Source of the DNA: Podarcis liolepis
Lineage: Eukaryota
Length of the DNA: 64,000 nt
Reading direction: 5' to 3' (one strand)
NCBI GenBank assembly: GCA_965112155.1
Contig: OZ218101.1
The translations under genes were made by a program, and so were the position numbers. The notes below the pieces were generated by a model. It saw only the letters and a list, made by a program, of their open reading frames with translations, made no database searches and was not told the origin of the DNA. Positions 1 through 13,439 of this stretch are shown piece by piece; within the stretch, counting starts at the first letter, position 1, and each line of letters starts with the position of its first letter.

Positions 1-749
1 AATACTTTGCTTTGTCAAGGGTATGCTAACAGCTTTCTCATGTGTGTAAAATATTTTAGTAATCCCTCAGGATCTGGCTTATCTGATGCAGATTGCACTG
101 CAAGACCTCACAAAACATTCATGAAAGGAAAGCATGACCCATTTCTTAATCTTTTCCAGGCATCTTCCCAACTACTGGAACAACAATAAAATAAATATTT
201 ACATTTTTTTATTTTACTCAGGTTTCATAGGCTACTCAACCTTTTCGGTCTTTTATAGTTCAGTATGGGGTACGGTAAAGGCAGGCCAGAATTATTTGGG
301 TTGTTTGCACAAGATACCTTCAGTAAAAATATTTGCTTAAATAATTATTTAGTGTAGAAATAATAAACTGGCCTTCCTATTGATATGACAAGGTGCAAGA
401 TAGGTATGAAATGGTGTGATAAGATTTTGCAGTTTCCGCTATAGCTGCCGGAACAGCTGCTGAATTTGGAATAATATGGTTTGAAAGAACAAACTAACAT
501 TTTATTTAAATATGTTTGTGATTAGTCTTAACAGGAAAGGAATGCTGTCTAGTGATCACAGCAGGGATCGGAATCATGAGAGGAGAGGTTCACTCCTGGC
601 TTTGATGGCACGAAGCCTTGCACACACAAAAATACTAGAATGTTTCCCTCTGTTTCATGACCTCTACAAAAAAAGATACAAGTTCTGGGTATGAACTTGT
701 TTTCACTGCTGCTTTTAACTGCTGCCTTTTATTGTGATAGGCCTTAGTC

Positions 750-1132
750 CAGTGTTTCCCAAAGTACTTCCCCCATGGACCACTTGAAAATTGCCAAGGA
801 TCTTGGCAGACCACTTCTTCTGCATACTGTAGCAATTGTAATGTGCTATGCTAGATGCTGTATAATTTTATTCTATTTTATTTGGCTTCTTGTATTTATT
901 TTATATTGTGTTTTGTTGCATTCCATAGAATTCACACTGTAATACAATGAAATATAATGTGAGAATTAAAGGAAGCAATAAAAACACAATTAAAAAAAAA
1001 TCATTATTACTATTCAATGCGATGGATGTGCCAGTTCCCAACTTCAACCTCTAATCTACAGACACACTGCAGACCACCTAAATGAAGCTTGTGGACCACT
1101 GGTGGTCCACAGACCACAGTCTGGGAACACTG
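750..1132. mobile_element. Non-autonomous hAT-like DNA element
   Basis: TIR cagtgtttcccaaa / tctgggaacactg; subterminal GGACCAC repeats. Confidence 0.65.
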
Positions 1133-1433
1133 CTTTGGTTGGTTTTATTGTACTGGGAAATTGCCCTGGGATACATTTTGACTAGAAAGCGGAAGAGACA
1201 TGCTCTAAATAAATAAAATTAAAATGAGCCCATAAATTATTTCTAGACAAGTATTGTGAAATCTAATGTCAAGTCAGAAATGTAGGGAACGAGGCCCAAT
1301 ACCCTCACTGAAGTACTTCAAAGATGGATGTTAGATTTAGAACTATTGTGGATTGCTATTTATTATTAATTATTATCATTATTAAATTTATTACCTGCCC
1401 TTCACCAGCAGGTGCCAGGGCATATTACAACAA

Positions 1434-1434
<1 letters not shown>

Positions 1435-1468
<34 letters not shown>

Positions 1469-1469
1469 T
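1435..1469. repeat. (CTAA)n microsatellite
   Basis: Direct reading. Confidence 0.95.
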
Positions 1470-1477
1470 AGGAATAG

Positions 1478-2652
1478 AGTTGTTGTCCCTTGTCCTCACT
1501 GTTGTTTATTATGACATTGGAAATATTGCTTCAGAATATGAGAAACAGGGAAATCAAAGGTATTGGGGTGGCACGTAGCGTCTATAAATTAAGGGCATTT
1601 GCTGCTGATGTGCTGTTAATAGTAGAACAACCTTTGGAGAGCGTTCCCAAAGCCTTAGAAGAAATTAAAAGGTTTGGAGAAGTTGCGGGTTTCAAAATAC
1701 ACTCAGATTAAACCAAAATTTTGGGTAAAAAACATGGATGAGCAGCGGAAATATTTTTTAGAAAGGATGTCTGGTTTAAAAATAGGCAAAAAAGTTAAGT
1801 ATTTGGAAATTTGACTGACAGTAAGAAATCTTAATCTTTTTGAAAATAATTATATTAAATTGTGGAAAGAGGTTAAGAAAGAGTTGGAGATATGGGGGAG
1901 AATGAAACTCCCTGTTAGGTAGAATCTCAGCCATTAAAATGAATTTACTGCCTAGAATGCTGTTTTTATTCCAATCAATTCCAATTGTAAACAATTTAAG
2001 CTGCTTCAAAGAATGGAAAAATATATTTCTAAATTTATCTGGCGGGAGGAAAGCCAATAAATAAATATAAAATTATGATAGATACAAAAGAAAGAGGAGC
2101 TTTGCTCTGCCAGATTTGCAAATGTATTGTGAGACAGCCTGTTTGTGCTGATTAAAAGAATGGATTGTATTGGACAATGTAGAAATCTTAGAGGGTCATG
2201 ACTTAAAATTTGGTTGGCATTCATGTCTCTGGTATGGGAAGGCTAAAATCTATAAGAGTTGTATGAACCACATTATTAGGAAGAATTTGAATAGAGTTTG
2301 GGAGAAATATAAAAAATCTGCTGGAAATAAAAACACCTTTATGGCTATCTCCCATTGAAGCAATTACAATTAAGAGAGATAATATGGACAGACAATGGGT
2401 GACTTACAGGGAATTGCTGAATTTTACGGGGGGTGGGGACAGACCCAAACTGAAATCAATGGAAAGCTTAAGAAGTCAAGTTACTGACTGTTTGCAATAT
2501 CACCAGTTACACGACATATTAGATAGAAAGAATGGATTTCTGGACCAAAGCTCACAATTTGAAAAAGAACTCTTACAAAATAAGGATGAACTTTTGGCTA
2601 AAATGTATTGTTTCCTACTAGAATGGGAAACAAAGGACGAGCTTGTTAAATA
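1478..2652 (+). mobile_element. Degraded L1/Tx1-clade ORF2 fragment
   Basis: CPLSSLLFIMTLE, YKLRAFAAD (YADD-like), GFKI and [18 protein letters not shown] motifs, with frameshifts. Confidence 0.8.
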
Positions 2653-4072
2653 ATCTTATGGGGTCATTCAAATGTATTCAAATAAGCATAGGATCTCCCA
2701 GTTTAGTTGCTCACATTTCTCCTTAGTGACAGGCACAGTAGAGAATGCACAAAGAGGTTTACCCCTGAGCAATGTCTAAACAGGACCACAGTATGATTTC
2801 TTTTTTCTATAGAAGCAATTCTTATGACTCTTCTTCATTAAGGAGAGGTTCAATTTTTATTATTATTATTATTATCTAGAACTGTGATTTGCTATTACTT
2901 ATTGTGATAACAATATAATGGTGAGACCGTTCAGATGTTCTCCACGTGTAGAAGCTATGCATGGATAACGGGACAGTGTGACTGTCTTGCTAGCCCCACC
3001 GGCACTGGACCTGCCCTCTGTACATCCATGAATAGGCATCCTAAGAATCAGGAAACTGCATACGCTCGGGCAATTAAAAATGGCTGCTAACACTGGAGAA
3101 GTTGACGTCTCCTCTCCCTTCCCAGAAGAATGTAACACCATGACATAATATGCTTCTGCAGTGGCACTATGGGTTGGCATGCCTCCAGAGAGCCCAGGAA
3201 GTGCCAAATCTGTTTTAAAATATGCTTTATAAGCTGAGGGAACGAGAAGGGGAGAGGGGAACCTCTGCCGCTGGCTTTGTAAGACCACAAGGTTTAAAGA
3301 CACTGTCCACTGAAAACGTAGTGTTTCTTTCCGCCCCCTAAAAATGTGCCTGGAAATATTCATTCAGGACTTGATTATTCACCGTAGGCAAAGTGTTTCT
3401 AAAACATAATGCTATTAGACTTAAGAGTGTTACTTCTTACAAATTATAGGTTCCAGGCATTGTAGAGTCATTTTGTAATTTATGTACCATACTGCAATTA
3501 ACAATGATTGCTGAAACTAGAGCTGTCAGCTGCTCCCCCCCCAAAAAAAAATCTTCTTACTGATATGACACCAGAAGATTGCTGTTATTTACTTCCTGAC
3601 ATTCCATTTGCCCACTCTTTAGTCTTCTGCAGAGAAATACAGAAAACACTGCATAGATGTACTTGTTTACCATTTCGCTGGCCAATTTATTGTAGGATCA
3701 GTTGATCCCACTGCGTAGTTCCTCAAAGTCAGCATTCTGCTACCAACAGGGGCAAGTGGATGCCTAAAGGCACTCATTGGGAAGGCAAGGAGGCTGCCTT
3801 CATAAAATCTTATAGAGTTGGAAGGAACCCAAGGGTCATCTACTCCAATCCCCTGCAACATTCTGCTGTTGAATGTTCCCGGCCTCTTGTATTTAGATAA
3901 ATGCTGCTTCTGTACACCTGTAATTTCCTTTCATAGAGGTCAGTTAGCATCTCTGTTTGTCGACTGCCACTTGCTTGATTACTTTCAGAATGGAATCTCA
4001 TGCAAACAGGGTAGCACTTTAGAATCAGCATCTTAACATTTTCACATCTAGCTCATATCTTTTGTCACTGAA

Positions 4073-4145
4073 ATAGCTAGCTAGCTAGCTAGCTACATAG
4101 ATAGATATAGATAGATAGGTAGATAGATAGACAGATAGATAGATA
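4073..4145. repeat. (TAGC)n/(GATA)n compound microsatellite
   Basis: Direct reading. Confidence 0.95.
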
Positions 4146-4368
4146 CAGTGGTACCGCGGGTTACATACGCTTCAGGTTACAGACTCCGCTAACCCAGAAA
4201 TAGTACCTCGGGTTAAGAACTTTGCTTCAGGATGAGAACAGAAATTATGCTCCAGTGGTGCGGCAGCAGCAGGAGGTCCCATTAGCTAAAGTTGGTGCTT
4301 CAGGTTAAGAACAGTTTCAGGTTAAGAATGGACCTCCAGAACGAATTAAGTTCTTAACCCGAGGTACC

Positions 4369-4372
<4 letters not shown>
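4146..4372. mobile_element. Tc1/mariner (Tigger-like) MITE
   Basis: TIR CAGTGGTACC(G/T)CGGGTTA, TA on the left; near-identical inverted copy at 5989-6214. Confidence 0.88.

Positions 4373-4412
<40 letters not shown>
4371..4412. repeat. (TG)21 microsatellite
   Basis: Direct reading. Confidence 0.95.
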
Positions 4413-4413
<1 letters not shown>

Positions 4414-5988
4414 AGCTTAGACAGAATTTCTGCTTCAGTCTGTTGCCTGATCAAAAACATTTGCTTATATTAAGAACTGCTTGCTTGGAAAAACTCACAC
4501 TTCCATGCATTCAGCTGTGTTATTACATTTATAAACCTTAAGGCGGTATCACTTCCTTCTCTTTAAAGCAGCACAGTAATTTAAGAAAGTGGTTATGCTT
4601 ATCTTCTGCCAGTCAAGCACTTTGTGCATTAACAAAATATAATTTTTCCCTTCGGCAGATGGGCGTGTGTGATGTACTTCACATATGTCAATATTAGTAG
4701 TCCTCCCCAGTAGGTGATGGAGCTACTTTATTTAGCAGGGTGCATGACTGGAAGTAAAAGGGGGGGAAAACCCATTTACACTTTAATGAGTAGCGACAAT
4801 GCAGCATGTCAAAGTCATGTACTCATTGCACTTTAGGAATCAGCATTATACAATTTTGCACAGGAAAACCACATTAAAGTACCACTCTTAAAGGAAATCT
4901 AGCATACCATAAAGGTTGCAAAAATACTCCTTGTATGAATGCCTAGTGGCATTTTGTACAGGAAGGTCCAATCAAGGTGAAAAGAAGCAGATCACCTGAT
5001 GGTTTGTTAGTGCAGAGATAATATATGTATCTATGACAGTCTCTTTCATTAGCTTTTCAACTTGTCAAACAATAAATGCAACCTTTGACCTCATGTATGT
5101 CTTGAATAAAGCTTGAGAAGTCTGAAATATCTCACTGGTAGAACACCTTGATTGATATTTTGGCTAACTTTTTAAACTTTCAATTAAAATACATAATTAA
5201 ATATGAAGGAAGGAACTATGACAAATGCTGCATTGTAAAGAAAATACAGTGCAGTAATTGTTCGCTAAAACACTGTTGGTTAAAGTGGGCAATTGGATAT
5301 ATTGAACAAAAAACAGAAGCCACATTTTATAGCTGTCAATTTTGGACTTTTCTTTACAGCAACAGTGAAATGCCTTGTATATTGTCCTGATTTCTAGGTC
5401 CTTAATGTTCCAAAGCACTATTCCCGAGGCTGTTTTGACTAATTATAGAAATAATTACCTACTTTGAAAGTACATTTATAGGTCACTTCCTAGAAAAAAA
5501 GAGGGAAGGAAATTCCTTGTTTTAGGGCAAAAGTGCACAAAAAAAGAATATGTGTGCGCATGTCTATGTATTCTAAACCTTTTTTTAAAAGCATTTATAA
5601 ACCACTTAACAGATAAAAATCCTAGCATCGTACAGAAATGCAATAAATAAAACCCAGTAAAACAGTGTTATAAAAACAGATAAAAAGAGGAACTCAGTAA
5701 TAACAAGTCCAATCTTAAATTAACAAGGCAGATGACTGGATATTTGTTGGATTTTAACGAATTACTCCTTCAAACTAAACTTCAAAAATTGCCAAGAACT
5801 GTGAAAGCATTTAGCAGTCGCCTTATTCACTGCTGTGCTTTTTAGCCCAAACAGAGAGGTGAAATTGACAACTAGTAGTCAAAATGCACATTCCTCTTTA
5901 TACAAAACTAGAATCCCTTGCACTTAAGAGTACATAACTAAACATCTCTGTTCAGTTCAATGGAGCTTTACTCCCAGATAAGTGTATA

Positions 5989-6214
5989 CAGTGGTACCTC
6001 GGGTTAAGTACTTAATTCGTTCCGGAGGTCCATTCTTAACCTGAAACTGTTCTTAACCTGAAGCACCACTTTAGCTAATGGGGCCTCCTGCTGCCACTGC
6101 GCCCCCGGAGCACAATTTCTGTTCTCATTCTGAAGCAAAGTTCTTAACCCGAGGTATTATTTCTGGGTTAGCGGAGTCTGTAACCTGAAGCATATGTAAC
6201 CTGAGGTACCACTG
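5989..6214. mobile_element. Tc1/mariner (Tigger-like) MITE, opposite orientation to 4146-4372
   Basis: TIR CAGTGGTACCTC(G/A)GGTTA with TA duplication on both sides. Confidence 0.9.
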
Positions 6215-7526
6215 TATAGGATTGCAGCCTGTTTTGAAGTGTCTGTTTTAAAATATGATTTAAATTAAGCTGCAGCCATTTAACAAATAATTGCCAATTA
6301 ATCCAGTACTAGCAATAGTCTATTGAAGTTATTAGTCTAGATCCAAAGAACTGGATCCCAAGGGTATTTTAAACTTCAAATTTTTGTTTCTTGATTTGCA
6401 GTCCTTCATGCTACATTTTTACCAACTGGGACATTCCGAGGTGGGGGGGTGCGGTCTGCCCCGGAGGCCATTCCAAAGGAGGGGTGACAAAATGCCAACC
6501 CCCAATTGGCAGCACCTCCCGGGGTGCGTGCCACGCCCCCTGTGGACAGCGCACCACGCCCCCTGGGATGCGCACCATGCCCCCTCAGATGCACGTCAGT
6601 TGCTCCACCTCTGTCACCAACAGGGATCCCCTCCCCCCGCGCCCAAGGCTCCTGGCCCTGTAGGAGTAGAAGGGATTTCCATTCCTATTTTCGTGGGGGA
6701 CTGAAGCCTTTTCCCTTCTTGCAGTGAGCATCTGGCTCCCTAAACACTGCTACACATACATCTATTTTGGATCCAACTTGACTTTGAGATTGGGTGTGGT
6801 GTGGTAAGTAAAATTCCAATGGTGCACCCAGCCACAGGTGATTTTCTGGAAGATGACCAATAATATGATAATAACTTCTGCATTCGTATAGTATTGTTTA
6901 ATTCCCAAAGTACAACACATAGCATCGCATCGTAAACTAGGCCAAAATCATTATACCCATATAGGGATTGAGGACTAAAGCAAATGAGCGCATGGCTAAA
7001 ATGAGGTTTCAATTGGGGATTTTCTGGTGCACAACTCATATTTGTAGCCATACACTTTCACCAGCTCCATTTTAAATGCAGCGTAAGAGTTGCAATGCAT
7101 TTAGGCATGCTTTAAGCCTATTGAAATTCATGAGCATAAATGGACTTTGATTATGTTTGCAGTATTTTAAGAATGGTTATCACTAGAACAGAAACATTCA
7201 TAGTTCTATACAGCAATGACAACTACACCTCTTGGCACTTTTACATGTGCTTCTCCTTGCATGTGCTCTGTGCCATGTAATGGCATTTACACATCTCTGA
7301 TAGGTGCATATTTGCGACAGTTTCTTCCAGCCAGCAGTTTGCTAGATATTGGACAGGACTTTAGCAGCAGCAGCAGCACAAATCCTTTAAAACTGGCTGA
7401 AGCTGATGTCATCAGTATTAGTATCATGACATAGTATCACACTTAAGATATTTTAATAGAATCAGCCTGTTCTATTGCAGTGAGAGGAGTTTATCTCGAC
7501 AGAGATATACGTATGTATGTAAATTA

Positions 7527-7655
7527 AGGTTACCAGATGTCCCCGTTTCCTGGGGACAGTCCCCAGATTTACAAATCAGTCCCCTGACAAGATCCATCCC
7601 CATCAACTGAAGTTGAAAAGTGTCCCCGGATTCATTGAAAAAAACCTGGTAACCA
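7527..7655. mobile_element. Short hAT-like MITE
   Basis: TIR ggttaccag / ctggtaacc; internal GTCCCC repeats. Confidence 0.65.
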
Positions 7656-8840
7656 TAATGGGTATATGGGTGTGGGGTTTTTTGGGTTTGTGTGATACAC
7701 ACAAACACACATATACACACGCTCTCTCTCGCTCTCTCTTTCTGCCATAAGCTAACAAGATGGGAAATTAAATTCTAACCTAAGATCACTGTGCAAATGA
7801 AACAATACAAATCATGAGGATAATACAATCCTATTGTATTACTGTAATTTATTTCAGTGATAATTATTCCCTAGTTAAATGTACACAGGAGAGAAGCCTA
7901 AACAGAGCAGCAACACACCAACATCAACAAAATCCAAAGCTGCAGAGGAAGGGAAATAAACATTTTCTGAAACTTTTTAAAAACATAAATTGAGCAGGCT
8001 AATTGGATCTTGCTGGTGAGAGAATACCGTAGCACAGAGTGATCCTCAAAAAGCCGTGTTCCTGATAGACTACAATCCCATAGCAGATAGTGATGGCACC
8101 TGATTTTTAACACCATAATGAAATTAAGTCTCAGATAGGGAAAATACATTAAACTTCATTCAAAAATTATTAAAACAATAGGAAACTCTATCTGCCTTCT
8201 GTATCATAAACTATTTGGTACAGTAGATGTGCTGCAGATGTAGCAACCATAACTTCATTTACAACGTATCTTAGGTTATTTTTTCATAAAGGATATTAAT
8301 TTAAGCAAATCAATGCTTTACATGTACAAGAAGCAACTACCAAAATGCAGAACTGTTTGGGACCTTTCAGTGAACTCAGGTTCTTACAAACAGCAATAAC
8401 TCTTTGGGAAATACAGGGAGTTAAATGTTCTGGTGGACCACATTCCTCCAAAGGAACAGCACATTACACTAAGTATTCTTGGACACCTGCACACATGCCA
8501 ATTCAGTGAGTCAAAGCTGACTCATACATTACCAAACTTTCTATTTCCTCTTACACCTATCCACTTTTACTTGGTTTCCATCCAATTTTCAGGTTTGGCA
8601 AGTCTCATTAGCTTATGAAAACTTATGAAACCATAATCAGAAATACAGTTAGGGAACCAAATTAATTTATCTGTTTTTATAAGAAGGATTTTATTTCCCT
8701 CTATCCCAGCAGGTTATGAATTAATTTCTATTTGTTTTTGTGTGGTCTAGGAAAGCACATGAAAAGTGTGCTTCTCTACACAGTTGGATCTAATGAAAAA
8801 AATCCTTATAACTTTTTCACACTGAACTTAATGCAACTGT

Positions 8841-8968
8841 GATAGTTCAGTTGGTAGAAATCTCAGGGCCATAGGTTAAAGCCCTACATTGGGAGAAAGA
8901 TTCCCGTGTTGTAGGGATTGGCCTAGATGACTTCATGATCCCATCCAACACTTCAAGTCTATGATTCT
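8841..8968 (+). mobile_element. Degenerate short tRNA-derived SINE with CR1-like tail
   Basis: gatagttcagttggtaga...ctagatgac...ctatgattct. Confidence 0.6.
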
Positions 8969-9502
8969 TTGAATATTCACACTAAGTGATTACTGCTATG
9001 AGCAATTTTGCTTAATGATAGTGTGTCTTGCGTTGATGACACTGTTGTTGTAATTTAAAAGGTACAAAAAGAATATGCATTCTCAAAATCTCCTGTTTGG
9101 TTCCCCTCAACCCAACGTTTTAAACCAATTGATTAAACTCAAGTGCAGGCCATTAAAACTTGCTAAAAATCTTGCTCTACAGACTGAAATCCACCACTTA
9201 ACACCAATATCCTTGCCTTGTCATTGGGAATCTTGCATAGGCCTCCCTAAGCAATTACAAACAGGTGTAATGGGTTTTGGGGCACCATCTTCTTTAAAAA
9301 CATACATGCCGCTTGAAATGATGTGTTGCTTTCATTGTGAACCTAAATAATAGAGATCCTGCCACAGATCCTTTTATGTTGCCATCCATTTGTCTTGGGA
9401 GACCCTGGAGGAGTGTGCCTTGGGGAGCGAAGTCAAACCGTTGGAGAATTACAGTGTATGCTGTGGCTGTGGAGACCGATACAGGAGAGGCACATCCCCT
9501 TA

Positions 9503-10036
<534 letters not shown>

Positions 10037-10219
10037 CTACCATTTACATATATTTTATTTGCATCCAAGTTCTTTCCATGTAGAATAAACATGCATTGGG
10101 GGATGTAGAATCACAGCAGCAAACACAGTATACATGTGTAAACTTTCTCTTCTCAATCAGGAATCCTGACCCTGGGGTACCTGGTTGTGCAAAGAAAGAA
10201 CCTACACACAAACAAATTA

Positions 10220-10471
10220 CAGTCATACCTGGGGTTACAGCCGCTTCAGCTTGTGTTTTTTCGGGTTGCGGACCGCCAAAACCTGGAAGTACCGGAACGG
10301 GTTACTTCCGGGTGTCGGCGGCCGTGCATGCGCAGAAGCGCTAAACTGCACTTTGCACATGTGCAGAAGCACTGAATTGCAACCCGCGCGTGCACAGACG
10401 CGGGTTGCGAATGCTGCGGGTTGCGAACGTGCATCCCGCATGGATCACATTCGCAACCCAAGCGTCCACTG
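10220..10471. mobile_element. Tc1/mariner-type MITE, GC/CpG-rich
   Basis: TA|CAGT...ACTG|TA ends, imperfect TIR, internal CGGGTTGCG repeats. Confidence 0.75.
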
Positions 10472-13439
10472 TATATACATGTAAGCTCTGTGCAAAAGAT
10501 CCAATGGACACGTTGAGATCAGAATGGGACCACTCCCTCCTCCCTCAACAGCCATTCACTCTACCCTGTTTGGTCACTTGCAAAGGACTTGAATGCAAAT
10601 CTCAGATACAACACCCTAAGACCTGTGAGCATCTCCAAGCTTAATGCAGCTCACAACCCCTGTTTTGCAGCCTGTCATGTATATTAGACACACGCACACC
10701 CTTTTCTCAATCCTAGGGAGGCATAAAATCAGACCTTTTCTTTGCAAGGTAAGCTTAACGAATTGCAGGTTATACAACCTTGCATTCTTTAGCAACACCT
10801 CACACATTTAGGCAATGCAAACGTTTTAGCACTCTTGATATGATGCAGTTCCATCAGAAGAAACAGTTGGAGAGCCCATGTCAGGACCAGCACACAGACA
10901 ACGGAATCTGCACAGCTTACTTTGTGTGTGCATCTGTTGGGGGAAAGGAACTTGCTTCCCTTACTCTGTGAGACATCAGGCATTGCAGTTGCCTGCGGCA
11001 CAGCACTAAGCCAACCAGGAGAGGTTTAAAAAGGAATTTGTTTTTCCCCCATGCAGTCCTTAGTTGTTTGTACATAAGACTTTTCATAGATTTATTCCTT
11101 ATCCAAATAATGAATTGTAGAAATGCAAACCTCTATTGGTGTATGTTTTACCTTTACTGAAGGAGCAGATTTTCCTTCAACTAGGCTTATAGAGATTAAT
11201 GTTAAAGGCTGAATATTAAATATTGCAAGCCTATGACACTAATCTACTTGAACAATAAAAACTGAGGCACAGAAAATGAGATCTCAGAAATACTGGAATA
11301 TGTTTCTTCATTAAAAATAACTTTTTAATTAAACCATCCAATTTAATGTTTTTATATGGCACTTCAGTCTTGAAGGNNNNNNNNNNNNNNNNNNNNNNNN
11401 NNNNNNNNNNNNNNNNNNNNNNNNNNNNNNNNNNNNNNNNNNNNNNNNNNNNNNNNNNNNNNNNNNNNNNNNNNNNNNNNNNNNNNNNNNNNNNNNNNNN
11501 NNNNNNNNTGTGCTTGTCTACTTCTTCACACTTTACAGACATTTTGTCATCTCTAGGTCATTAGGAAAGAATTTTTAATGGTTTTTCTAGATGCAAGCAG
11601 TTCAAGTTACATCTAATTAGATGACAATAATAAGCCCAACACATGCAGTAGCTAAATATATACATAATTAACCAGTGAGGGCTTGTACATCACAGAGTAA
11701 AAAAGTGGAAAATGCTAAGTGGAGAGGGAAGAAGTAGGGCTGAATTCGTTACCTGAATATGTCAATTTTCTACTAACATGTTAAAAATACTTTCCATCCG
11801 AAAGAAAGAGAATATTGTTCACCCTTTTTAGTGTATGATTTTCAGCTAACTATATGTGTGAATATTCATTTTTACTAATTAGAGTTTTAACATTTTATAT
11901 GTTTTAGTTAAGAAATACTTTCCACCTCTTATAGAATATCATTTACAACCAAGTCTGCATGCTCTTCTTCCACATTCATTATTTTCTGTTGTGACATATG
12001 AGGTATATTATTTTTTATTTTATCTATATCTATATCTATATCTGAAGCATGATTAACCTGCTACCTAAAAACAGATGCAAGTACTGCAGTAAGACATAAT
12101 TCTGGCTGCTAGACTGAACCACCTGACTCTTCCATCTTTTCCAGTGTAAGGATCTTTTATTAATATTATAGTAATTAAAGTGAGAGCGTACTGTTCTTTT
12201 TAATTGCTTATTACATATAGCACCTTTCATTTTCTAGTGAGAAAAGTGGTGCTGAATCAGTAAAAGTAGTGATTTCTCCTTCTCCTCTCTATAAATCAGG
12301 GGATTCCTGAGAATTGTGCAGAGTCAGAATTTTATAAATAATTCTGACTCTGCTCAATTCTCAAGAATTCCCAGTCAGGAAGTCCTACGTCTACAAAATG
12401 AAGACAAAAGCCAGGGGCAGGCAGAGTATAAAACTTAGACTGACTGATAAGTAGCAGAGTGCCATGTTTACCTTTGGAAAAAGAAAAAGAAACCACACAG
12501 CGCTGTAAACATGATGAAATATGTCCAGTGACAAGAGGGGCAGAGAAGAGGTGAAGACCTTGGGAGCAGAACGAAGTAGAGAGAAAGCAACTGGGTATGC
12601 TTGTCAAAAGAAGAGCTTTCAGACTCCGAACAACCATTTTGACTGCAAACTACAGATACAGTTATGGAAGCCTTACTTTTAGCAACTTCCTTGCTGGTTT
12701 GTTATTGTTATTTTATTAGTGAATAGATTTTGCAGTTCTTTGATTGATTTAGAGCATTATTTTAAAATGGATGAGATTAGTATATGAGGAACGTCTGCAA
12801 ATCCATTAAGATTAACTAGAGTGCAATCCTATTCTTATTTATGAAGAAGCAAGCCCACAATGGGGCTTACTCCCAGTTAAATATGTGTAGGATTGCAGCC
12901 TAAGCCCCTCTAAACTCAGTGGCACTTACTTCTGAGTAGACATATACAGGATTACACTGTAAATCTCCTAAAGCTCTAATCTGTAAACATATTATTATAT
13001 TCCTATTCTGCTTTGTGAACAGATTAAGAAAGACTCATGTAGTGAATCTCATTTTTGCATCAATAACTTCTATTGAGCTCACTGAATACAGATTTAGATC
13101 TGGTCCCTAACCATTATTACCATCCATGACAGCTATGTTACTTACTCCTTTATCATCAAAACTTTATTTGATGAGGAGTGTAACTGCATCAAGAAGGTGC
13201 TTAACTCCCTCAAACAAATGGATAGGCAAATGGAAGGAAGAAGGAATAGCTAGCAGTAAATGTAACACATTTTTGTTTTTAAAGGTATCCACAGAAAATC
13301 CAGAATCCATGTCAAGCTAGTTAGCTTAATGTGTATGGGTAAACTGGTGGAAAGCATGAATGAAGGAAAATATCAATCATATAGAAAAACAAGTCTTGCA
13401 TAAGATGAAATAACATGGTTTCTGCATATACAAGTCCCA

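Noticed and set aside
1435-1469. Interstitial telomere repeat
   Set aside because: The unit is CTAA, not CCCTAA; it is an ordinary tetranucleotide microsatellite.
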